From NCBI RefSeq assembly GCF_000186885.1, contig NC_014972.1, forward strand, positions 720,001 to 752,000: a stretch of DNA of 32,000 nucleotides, in the 5' to 3' direction. Origin of the DNA: Desulfobulbus propionicus DSM 2032 (GTDB taxonomy: Bacteria; Desulfobacterota; Desulfobulbia; Desulfobulbales; Desulfobulbaceae). This document shows, in pieces, positions 18,570-27,100 of this stretch (position 1 is the first letter of the stretch; every line of letters starts with the position of its first letter). Both the position numbers and the translations under genes were made by a program. The notes below the pieces were generated by a model. That model worked only from the letters and a program-made list of their open reading frames with translations, was not told where the DNA came from and searched no databases.

Positions 18570-19340
18570 ATGGGGGACATCGTCTACACGCTCCGCGAAG
18601 TGGAAAAGGTCCGCAGCAAGGGCGGCGTGACCTTCACCCTGCGCATTCCGCACCTGGAGATTCGCCGGGGTGAGTTCTGTTCGGTGGTTGGCGCCTCGGG
18701 ATGCGGCAAATCGACCCTGTTGGACATGCTGGCCCTGGTGCTCGAACCGACCAGGGCCGGCCATTTCAGCCTGCGGATGGTGCGCGGCGGCAAGGTCGAG
18801 GAATGTGCCGTTCTCGGCTTGGCCGAGAATCGGGCCGCGCGCATCCGGCGGTCGACAATCGGTTACGTCCTTCAGAGCGGCGGCCTGCTCTCTTTTCTCA
18901 GCGTGCGCGAAAACATCCTGCTCACCGCCCAGATCAGCGGCATCAAGGTCACCCAGGCAGAGTTCATTGCCCTCATTGACGTCCTGGGTCTTGGAGATCA
19001 GCTTGACAAGAAGCCGCAGTATCTTTCCGGTGGGCAACGTCAGCGGGTGGCTGTGGCCAGGGCACTGATCCACCGGCCGATGATCATTCTCGCCGATGAG
19101 CCGACAGCCGCGGTCGATTATCCGACCGCGCTCGATATCCGCGATGAATTGCACGGCTTGGCGCGGCAAATGGGAACAGCGGTCATCATGGTAACCCATG
19201 ATCGCAGCCTGGTCGCGGACATCGCCGACAGCCGGGTGCGTTTTGCGGTGACGCGTATCGGTCGTACCGAAACCCTGTCCACCGCGCTGATCGGCGCAGA
19301 AACGGCCGAGGCGGAAAACCTTGTGGGGGGGGCCGCGTGA
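18570..19340 (+). CDS. ABC transporter ATP-binding protein, LolD/TagT-like
   Basis: Walker A GASGCGKSTLLD, signature LSGGQRQRVAVARAL, Walker B MIILADEPTAAVD, H-loop VIMVTHD. Confidence 0.93.
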   Translation: MGDIVYTLREVEKVRSKGGVTFTLRIPHLEIRRGEFCSVVGASGCGKSTLLDMLALVLEPTRAGHFSLRMVRGGKVEECAVLGLAENRAARIRRSTIGYVLQSGGLLSFLSVRENILLTAQISGIKVTQAEFIALIDVLGLGDQLDKKPQYLSGGQRQRVAVARALIHRPMIILADEPTAAVDYPTALDIRDELHGLARQMGTAVIMVTHDRSLVADIADSRVRFAVTRIGRTETLSTALIGAETAEAENLVGGAA

Positions 19341-21154
19341 TTCTGCGGCTGGCCTTCAGGGACATCGTCCACGATCGGCTGCTGAGCGCCTGCCTGGTGT
19401 TGGCCATCGCGTCGATCATCGCGCCATTGCTGATCCTCTTCGGGTTGCAGTTCGGAACCATCGAGACGCTGCGCAATCGACTGGTTGAAGATCCAAAGAA
19501 TCGGGAGATCAGGCCGCTGACCACTCAATCCTTCAGCCGGGAATGGTTTGCCCACCTGCGTGCGACCAGCCCCGAGGTCGCCTTTGTGGTGCCGATGACC
19601 CGGCAGATCGCTGCGTCGATCATCGCGACGAGCGCCAATGGCGAACGCCGGGAACCGTTGTCGCTGCTGGCCACCGCGCCCGGCGATCCGCTGCTGGTGG
19701 AGAACGGGGTGGCCGTGCCGGAGACCGGATCCTGCGTGCTCACCGAATCGGCGGCCCGCGCCCTCGAGGTGTCGGTCGGCGGACAACTGATCTTCAGTAC
19801 CCAGCGAATCGTTCAGGGCCGATACGAACAGGGAGGTTTCGCGATCCGGGTGGCGGGCATTCTCGAGGAACGGGCCACCGGTCTGCGAGTGGCCTATGTT
19901 CCCCTGGAGGTTATCGAGGCGGTTGAGGATTACAAGGATGGTAGAGCCGTGCCCGCCTACGGGTGGCAGGGAGAGCTGCCGACCGCCTATCCGGTGTTTG
20001 ACGGCGCGATGGTGCTGACTCCCGAACCCTTGAGCAAGCTGGAAGAAGTACTGCTGATCAACAACACCGGTTTTGCCCAGGTAAAGGCTCTCGGCACGGA
20101 AGAGGCGGCACGTGTCCTTGGGCACGCTTCCCGGCCGCACTGGTCCCTCTATACCCTTACGGTCAAACAGCGGTCGGCGACAGAGGCCAATCTCCAGGCG
20201 GTGAGCAACAAGCTGCGGGGCAAGGGGGCGATCGTTGTTCCGTGGATTGAGCCGCTTGAGGTCGTTCTTCACGGGACGGAATCGACCTCGCCGGTCTCGG
20301 TCCGACTTCAAGTGCGTGGCGATGAAAACTGGGCCGTGACCGGCGTGCCGGCAAAAGGGACGGAAGCCTCGGCACGGGGCGGCGAGCCACGCACCCTGAT
20401 TGTTTCCCAGGACATTCCCCTTGCCGATGGACCCGCGACCTTGGTGGTGCGGACGCTGGATCGGGAACTGCGGCTGCCGGTGCTCCTCCGCAAGGGTGGA
20501 GGAGCACCGGCGGTGGCGGAAGCATCGGCAGTCTTTGCCGGGCAGCTCAACTTACTGCGCTGGAGAAATGTCCATTACGATGCGCAGGCGGATGCCCTGT
20601 TGCTTTCCCGACAGGGCTATGCGGGATTCCGCCTCTACGCGACGACCATCGATGCGGTGGCAACGGTTCAGCGGCGGCTGGAAAACGAAGGTATCGCCGT
20701 GCATACCGAACGGGAGCGGATAGGGGAGGTCCGCCGGCTCGACCAGTACACCACCCTGATTTTTTGGTTGATCGCTTCGGTGGGCGTTGTCGGCGGCATC
20801 TCCGCCCTGACCGCCAGCCTGTACGCGTCTGTGGAGCGGAAAAAGAAGGAGCTCAATGTGTTGCGGCTGCTTGGTCTGCTGAAACGGGAACTGCTCCTGT
20901 TTCCGATAGCGCAAGGGCTGATGCTGTCGAGCGGTGCCCTGCTCCTGGCCGCGGCGCTGTTTGCCGTGGTTGCCAGGCTGATCAATCATCTGTTTCGGGA
21001 ACACCTGCAGGCAGCGGAATCACTGTGCGCTTTGTCTCCCGTGCATTTTCTTCTGCTGACCGCGGGTGTTTGGGGCCTGAGCGTCCTGGCCGCGACCGTT
21101 GCCGCCCTGCGGGCAACTCGTCTCGATCCGGCCGAGGCCCTGCGGGATGAATAA
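19337..21154 (+). CDS. FtsX/LolE/TagS-like ABC transporter permease
   Basis: N-terminal TM followed by a large periplasmic region, then three C-terminal TM segments (FWLIASVGVVGGISALTASLYASVERKKKELNVLRLLGL...; LDPAEALRDE end). 4-bp overlap with the ATPase gene (GTG start). Confidence 0.87.
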   Translation: MILRLAFRDIVHDRLLSACLVLAIASIIAPLLILFGLQFGTIETLRNRLVEDPKNREIRPLTTQSFSREWFAHLRATSPEVAFVVPMTRQIAASIIATSANGERREPLSLLATAPGDPLLVENGVAVPETGSCVLTESAARALEVSVGGQLIFSTQRIVQGRYEQGGFAIRVAGILEERATGLRVAYVPLEVIEAVEDYKDGRAVPAYGWQGELPTAYPVFDGAMVLTPEPLSKLEEVLLINNTGFAQVKALGTEEAARVLGHASRPHWSLYTLTVKQRSATEANLQAVSNKLRGKGAIVVPWIEPLEVVLHGTESTSPVSVRLQVRGDENWAVTGVPAKGTEASARGGEPRTLIVSQDIPLADGPATLVVRTLDRELRLPVLLRKGGGAPAVAEASAVFAGQLNLLRWRNVHYDAQADALLLSRQGYAGFRLYATTIDAVATVQRRLENEGIAVHTERERIGEVRRLDQYTTLIFWLIASVGVVGGISALTASLYASVERKKKELNVLRLLGLLKRELLLFPIAQGLMLSSGALLLAAALFAVVARLINHLFREHLQAAESLCALSPVHFLLLTAGVWGLSVLAATVAALRATRLDPAEALRDE

Positions 21155-21193
21155 GGAGACCCCTTGAGAGATAACCAAAACGGAGGAAGGCGC

Positions 21194-23557
21194 GTGAAAA
21201 ATCGACGAATGCAACAGCCTATCAGTGGAGCCAACAGGAAGCGCGACACAATTCTGTTAGGTTTGATTCTGGTGCTCCTGGCGGGCTGTCTGACCTTTGG
21301 GGTGATCCCTGAAGCGGTTGGAGCCGATCCAGCGGTTGTGTCCGAACATTCCCACGATGCGGCGGCGGTAGCCAGACAGCTCCAGCTTGAAGGGGCACGG
21401 TTGCAGCTGCAGGGGCAACTGACCGAGGCCATTGGTAAATACCGTGAGAGTCTTGCCCTGCACCCCAACCCCCGGCTGGAGAGTCTGGTGGAGCAATTGG
21501 TGATCCAGGCCGAGAAGACGGCTAAGGCCGCCACGGTTCCACCGGCGTCGCCTCAACAGGCCCCGGCTTCGGCCGCGCAGGCCAACGTCCCCGCATCGGC
21601 GGGGCCGATTCCCGCCCAGGCGGCCCCGGCCGATGTTCTTCCTGAACAGGGGGCGGCGCAAGCGACGGTTGGTCAAGCGGTACCGGGACAAGGCGAGGGG
21701 GACGCCCCAGCCAGCGTAAAAACGGAGGAGGGCCCTGCCGTGGGACCAAGGGCAACAGTCGAGCGGGTCGCCGGCACGCCGGAGGAAGCGCTGATCTACG
21801 CCTTCACCGACTGGTTGCTCGGTCTCTTTCCCGCCGCCGGTCAGCAACAGGATTTCAGTCTGCGGACAAACCGCGACTATCGTGTCGTCCAGGTTGCGGG
21901 GCAGCATGAGGTCCGTCTGGATCCGTGCACCCTGTTGCTGGGGGACCAGGAAGCCGTGGAGCTCGGGCCGGTCGTCCTGCGGTTTCAGCCCAAAGGAGGC
22001 GAAACCTTGACGGTGACCATGCGCCTGCCCGATAAGGCGCCTCTGGTTGAATCCGGAAAAACCGTTGCCGAGCTGTCCATTGGCCGCCAGGAAATAGCCG
22101 GTGTCTGGAATCGTTCCCTGGCCAATTTTGATCGGATCGAGATGCAACTGGGAAACCTGATTCTCGAGGATGTGGCCAAGACCGGGAGGCTGTCGCTTGC
22201 CAACCTGATGTTAGCCGGAGGCAGCACTCAGGGAGAAGGGGGCAGTTGGAGCGAAAACCTGCGAGGAGAGATGGGCAAGTTGTCATTCGTGGACAACGGT
22301 GCTGAAGTGGCGGTGGACCACCTGGCGTTCCAGGCCGATGCCCAAGGGAACGATCAGGCCCGATTCGCGGAGCTGCGGCAGCGGATCCAGCAGGCCATGG
22401 GGCGAACGGAGCAGATGGCGCTGCCCGAAATCAAGGAGTTGTTCGCCAATATCGAGGAATACCTGCGGCTGTTGAACGCCTCCGCCAGTTCCATGGCCAT
22501 CAAGGATATTCGCGTCACCTCCAAACAAAGCACCTTCAGCCTGGACACGGTCAACCTCGCCGCCACGCTGCACAAGGAAGGCGGTACCGGCAAAATGGTT
22601 TACACCTCCAAGAGCGACGGCTCGGCGCTGCAATTTGCCGAAACCCAAACGCCGGAAAAGCCGCAGCCGGTTTCGCTTTCGCTGGGAAGGATCGCACTGA
22701 CCGGCGAGGGCAGCCTGCATCCGATCCCCCCTGGCCTGGTGTCCAATCTCTTCGTCCCCATCGATGGCGTGGAGCAGGGAAAGGCCGAGCAGGCCAACGC
22801 ACTCCTCGCCAAGCATGGCCTGACCGTTGCCCGCAAGCTCCTCGGCTTGATCGACGGCTATGGCTGCGAAGTCAACATCAGCGACCTGAGGCTGGTCAAC
22901 GCCCAACCCTCGCCGGTGACCCTTGGCCAGGCCACCGTGCGCGGCACGTTCAAAGCCGGGACCGGGGAAGGCGGTCTTCTCCAGGCGCTAGGCGAGTTTT
23001 CCGAGCTCAAGGGTATCGCGCAGGAGGCCGGCAATGTTCCCGAATCGGCCCGCCTGCGGCTGGAATTGAACAAGATCCCCTCCCTGCTCAATCTGATCAA
23101 TGACCCGAGCGCACTGGCTGCGGGAAACATGCAGCAGGTCCAGGGGCAGATCATGATGAATGGTATGAACGCCCTGCTGACAAGCGGATTGACCCTGTCG
23201 TTGACCGATTCATTCATCGCCTTTCCTTCCGCCCGTTTTACCTTGGGGCTCCTGGCCACGGTGGACCAGAAGGCCAAGTACTTTTCGACCGGAACTCTTA
23301 CGGCCGCGGTTGAACAGCCTGATGAATTCGTGCGGATAGTCCGCAGTTTGAGCGCTGACCCGGAAACGGAGAAAGTGCTGGCCACCCTGACCGCGCTGGC
23401 TGACCGTCGGCAGGAACAAGGAAAGACGGTGGATCGAATTGAGGCGCGGATCGATGGAGAAGGCAAGGTGTTCATCAACACCAAGGATGTGACCGCGATG
23501 TTTTTTCCGCCGCCATCTCAGCCTGGGCAAGGGACGACGCCCGCGCCGGCGCAGTGA
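21194..23557 (+). CDS. Large predicted lipoprotein of unknown function, N-terminal TPR-like segment
   Basis: Lipobox VLLAGC; RLQLQGQLTEAIGKYRESLALHPNPRLESLVEQL; beta-rich C-terminal half. GTG 21194 preceded by GGAGGA; the track start is 21164. Confidence 0.65.
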   Translation: MKNRRMQQPISGANRKRDTILLGLILVLLAGCLTFGVIPEAVGADPAVVSEHSHDAAAVARQLQLEGARLQLQGQLTEAIGKYRESLALHPNPRLESLVEQLVIQAEKTAKAATVPPASPQQAPASAAQANVPASAGPIPAQAAPADVLPEQGAAQATVGQAVPGQGEGDAPASVKTEEGPAVGPRATVERVAGTPEEALIYAFTDWLLGLFPAAGQQQDFSLRTNRDYRVVQVAGQHEVRLDPCTLLLGDQEAVELGPVVLRFQPKGGETLTVTMRLPDKAPLVESGKTVAELSIGRQEIAGVWNRSLANFDRIEMQLGNLILEDVAKTGRLSLANLMLAGGSTQGEGGSWSENLRGEMGKLSFVDNGAEVAVDHLAFQADAQGNDQARFAELRQRIQQAMGRTEQMALPEIKELFANIEEYLRLLNASASSMAIKDIRVTSKQSTFSLDTVNLAATLHKEGGTGKMVYTSKSDGSALQFAETQTPEKPQPVSLSLGRIALTGEGSLHPIPPGLVSNLFVPIDGVEQGKAEQANALLAKHGLTVARKLLGLIDGYGCEVNISDLRLVNAQPSPVTLGQATVRGTFKAGTGEGGLLQALGEFSELKGIAQEAGNVPESARLRLELNKIPSLLNLINDPSALAAGNMQQVQGQIMMNGMNALLTSGLTLSLTDSFIAFPSARFTLGLLATVDQKAKYFSTGTLTAAVEQPDEFVRIVRSLSADPETEKVLATLTALADRRQEQGKTVDRIEARIDGEGKVFINTKDVTAMFFPPPSQPGQGTTPAPAQ

Positions 23558-23635
23558 GCGACCACGGCAGCCTCGCGGCTGTCGAAGGCGGCTGGAATGA
23601 ATTTGTCGACGTTCTGGAGAAAAGGAGACATCGAT

Positions 23636-26600
23636 ATGTATTTGCTGGTTGGCGTGCTTGCGGTTTTGATGTGGTGCTCCCCCTCTGTTGCCGGCGTCCT
23701 GTACAGTGAAAAGGAGTTGTGGGCTGCGGGAGAGCTGTGGACGGAAACCCGGCTTCAATGGCAGGGCGAACAGGCCGCGCATCAGCGGCGGTTGACGGAA
23801 ATCGAACAACTGGCCGTGCCCGAGGCGCGGAAGGGCGCATTGCGCCGCATCGAACTGCAACGGCACCATGATCGATCGCTGATTTTGGCGGCCAAGCGTG
23901 ATCAGGTGCAAAATGTACTGGTCAATGAGGCCAACGCACGGGTGCGCGGCGGCAAGGAGGCGGCCAGCGGCCAGCTCGTCGATACTGCGGGAACCAAATT
24001 CGGCGAGGCCGGTCATCGCGGCATGGCCGGCGACCGCGACATGGGCGGCGGAGAGCGAACGGTCCACAAGGTTAAGGAGGTGCTCAAGGAAATGGGCATA
24101 GACCAGGCCGCGACCGTCAAGGAGAGCGCCGGCACCCTGGAGATCGGCGACGACTTCGAGCTGACCATCAACAAGGACGGCGCCCGTCCACGGGCTGGTT
24201 CGGAGTTCCATCGGATCAAGGCCGAGGTGGATGCCCGCAATCCGGAAACCTATGTGTCCGAGAGCATGAAGAGCCGCTCCGCGGACGGCAAGATCGACCG
24301 CAAACAGGCGGGAACCGATTACGTGGAAATTCAGGACCACCGGAAAAAGGCGACCGCGGGCTTGAAAACCGACGGCGCCGGACTGAAAAAGTCGCCAGAG
24401 AAGGCGCAGAAGCTGGCCAAGGGCACGGTCAAAACACTGGAGATGGCCAACCTCGACGAGGAAACGGTCAACAGAATTCTACAACAACATGGCATCGAGG
24501 AGAATCCCGCGGCCTTTCGTGAACGACTGCGGGGGATCAAGGAGGGAACGATTCAGGTGGGCAGCGCCACCGATGCCGAGCAGCTGCGCCGCGCCAGCGA
24601 GGATATTTTCAATGCCGCCGAGGAAAAGGCCTTGAACACGGCCAAACAGGAGATCGTCGCCCTGCGGGAAAAGGCGGCGGCGCTGCCGGCCAACGATCCG
24701 AAACGAACCGCGATCGAGGAAGAAATTGTCGATTCGGTGACCAAGATGCAAGCTACCCGCGCTGCCAATGAGGCTGTCAGCGGCGGCAAGGGAAGCGCGA
24801 CAACGGCAAAAACTGGCTCCAAAAAAAATGCCAGCGGAACTGGTTCCGCCGAGGCCGAACTGGCCGCACTTGACGATCTGCGTGGGGTTTCCGGACGGGG
24901 CAAGGCGGTCAAGGCCTTTGGCGCACTGATGAACATCGTTGATATCGGCCAGACCTGCCAGACGATCGAAGACTATGTCGAGGGTAAGATCCCTCTTAAG
25001 GAGGCGGCCACCAAGGTGGTCGATCAGTACGTAACCGGCGGCGCCATCGGCACGGTCGAGCACGCCTCCCAGAGCAAGGCGGATTACAGTGCCGCCAAGT
25101 CGGCCATCGAGCAGGCCAATCGCGAGAACATGGCTGCCTATCTCAATGCTTGGGAAATTGCATTGCGTAAAGCGGGATTGGCGCCAGCCGAGGCGCGCCA
25201 GTATGTGGCCTCGGCCATGCTGGCGGGTAACCTGGAAAAACTCGAGGACAAGGCTGCCGCCCTGGCAGCCGCTGGCAAGACAATCAAGCCGCCCCAGCTG
25301 GTGGTGAATACCTTCACGGCCGATGACACCCTTGGCGAACGTGCCCAGGCCGTGGGCGAGGGGATCGTTCGGGGTGCCTATGAGAGCGGCAAGTATCTGG
25401 TCACCGCGCCAAGCCGGACGGTCGAGGCCTGGGCTGAAGGTGAATTGAAGGAAGCAGATCTCGACGCCTATGCCAAGGGGCGCGAAACGGAAAGCAGGGT
25501 CGAGATGTTCCGCAAACTGCTCAATGCCGGTATTGATTCACAAAAGGCGCTGGCCGCCCTTAATGAGTGGGAAGAGGGGGAGACCGGGCCATTGAAGGAG
25601 CTGTTTCAGCAGGCCCGTGCCCGGCAGCAGGAAGCCGTTCCCACCAAGGAGGAGCTGGCCGCGGTCGAGGAGGCGAACAAGAGGATTGCCGCCGAGGAGC
25701 AGCGACGTGTCGAACTCTGGAACCGATATGCCGCCCTGGTGGCCTATCTGCGCTTTGCGCCCTTGACCCTGCAGGTCGATCCATCGCCAGTCGCGATCAA
25801 GGGAGAAGGCCAACGGTCCCTCGTTCGCTTGGCCCTGGTCGGGCCGGGCAAGAGTTCCATGGGCACGGTGGCCGCCGAAATCGAACAGATCCTGGCGCAG
25901 CTCACGGGCCAGGCAAGCAAGGTGCGGCTTTCCTATCGCTTCTCGTGCAAAGGGCGGCAAGGGGCCACCCCGCACGAATGGCTGACCGCCAGCCCCGGGG
26001 CGGCCGGTCTGTATCCGGTGACCGCGACCCTGGTGGCGGACATCAGGGGGGACGTGCCGGGCGCTGCCGTCGCCACGCTGTCCCGAGGCTTTGAACGGAG
26101 CGAAACCGCTCCCGTCGAGGTGGAGGTCAGCGCCACCGCAGCGCCATTGACCGGCGAGGTATGGGAGATCATGAAAACCACCCCCAATCTAGTCATCGAC
26201 ACGCCGTTGCAGAGTTTCAAGGCCACGGTTTCGCCGGCAGCGGAGATCACTTTTCCCGTGAAGTACACCCTCAACGATTACCTGGTCGAGGGCAAGGGTA
26301 GCCTGCGTTTTTCCGCCGACGGCAAGATGATCGAGCAGTTGAGTATCGATACCCGCAGCACGGATCCGCGTTCCGGCCAGGAAATTCAAAAAGACGAACT
26401 GCGAGTCGGCCCCTTTAAACTGTATGCAGCCGACAAGGAAACGCCGACCTACAGGGCGCATCTCTATTACACTCTTGATCGCGAAGGCCGCGACACCTTT
26501 GGCACCCACCGTTACGGCATCCATGATCGCGGCAAATTTCAATGGATGCCGGCCCAAAAACTCGATCGCGATGCCACCTATACCAAAACCTATATACACT

Positions 26601-27100
26601 TCTATATGACCGAGGAGGCTATTCAAACCAAGGAACAGGCTGCCAAGCAGGCACGCGACGAGAAAAAGAAGCAGCAGGAATCGGTGCAGCAGGCCGCGGC
26701 GTCCGGGACGTCTTGGGCCGGACCCTTTGGTGCGGAAGAGGGGTTTGACGGTTCGATCAAACTCGATATCTCCTTGAAAGACAAAGTCGTGTCCGGTTCC
26801 TTCCGAGGAGAACACAAGGACGGCGAGAAACGAAAACATGTCCTCTCGGGCGAGTTTCAGGGGGTGATCGATCCCGAAAGTGGAGAAATCACCGCAATGA
26901 TGCAAACGAGCTCGTTGTGGACGTTCCGCCTGGACAAGGGCAAATGGTACCCCGCGACCTTGGCTCCAGAGAGTTTGGCCAAGGAAACACGGTTGGTGGG
27001 AACACTTGTCCAGAACCGGGTGAGCGGCAATTTGCTCCTCGATGGCCGCAAGGGGTTTGTTTGGTCAGCCGTGCCGGTGACCGAAGGAGGGAAACAATGA
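23636..27100 (+). CDS. Very large (about 1154 aa) exported protein of unknown function
   Basis: Signal-peptide-like MYLLVGVLAVLMWCSPSVAG; long helical charged N-terminal half; beta-sandwich-like C-terminal half. ATG 23636 preceded by an AAAAGGAGA Shine-Dalgarno. Confidence 0.7.
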   Translation: MYLLVGVLAVLMWCSPSVAGVLYSEKELWAAGELWTETRLQWQGEQAAHQRRLTEIEQLAVPEARKGALRRIELQRHHDRSLILAAKRDQVQNVLVNEANARVRGGKEAASGQLVDTAGTKFGEAGHRGMAGDRDMGGGERTVHKVKEVLKEMGIDQAATVKESAGTLEIGDDFELTINKDGARPRAGSEFHRIKAEVDARNPETYVSESMKSRSADGKIDRKQAGTDYVEIQDHRKKATAGLKTDGAGLKKSPEKAQKLAKGTVKTLEMANLDEETVNRILQQHGIEENPAAFRERLRGIKEGTIQVGSATDAEQLRRASEDIFNAAEEKALNTAKQEIVALREKAAALPANDPKRTAIEEEIVDSVTKMQATRAANEAVSGGKGSATTAKTGSKKNASGTGSAEAELAALDDLRGVSGRGKAVKAFGALMNIVDIGQTCQTIEDYVEGKIPLKEAATKVVDQYVTGGAIGTVEHASQSKADYSAAKSAIEQANRENMAAYLNAWEIALRKAGLAPAEARQYVASAMLAGNLEKLEDKAAALAAAGKTIKPPQLVVNTFTADDTLGERAQAVGEGIVRGAYESGKYLVTAPSRTVEAWAEGELKEADLDAYAKGRETESRVEMFRKLLNAGIDSQKALAALNEWEEGETGPLKELFQQARARQQEAVPTKEELAAVEEANKRIAAEEQRRVELWNRYAALVAYLRFAPLTLQVDPSPVAIKGEGQRSLVRLALVGPGKSSMGTVAAEIEQILAQLTGQASKVRLSYRFSCKGRQGATPHEWLTASPGAAGLYPVTATLVADIRGDVPGAAVATLSRGFERSETAPVEVEVSATAAPLTGEVWEIMKTTPNLVIDTPLQSFKATVSPAAEITFPVKYTLNDYLVEGKGSLRFSADGKMIEQLSIDTRSTDPRSGQEIQKDELRVGPFKLYAADKETPTYRAHLYYTLDREGRDTFGTHRYGIHDRGKFQWMPAQKLDRDATYTKTYIHFYMTEEAIQTKEQAAKQARDEKKKQQESVQQAAASGTSWAGPFGAEEGFDGSIKLDISLKDKVVSGSFRGEHKDGEKRKHVLSGEFQGVIDPESGEITAMMQTSSLWTFRLDKGKWYPATLAPESLAKETRLVGTLVQNRVSGNLLLDGRKGFVWSAVPVTEGGKQ

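Noticed and set aside
19118-20311. 397-aa minus-strand ORF
   Set aside because: Antisense to the ABC ATPase and permease genes; no recognisable motif.
23210-24340. 376-aa minus-strand ORF
   Set aside because: Antisense to the ends of two well-supported plus-strand genes; no recognisable motif.
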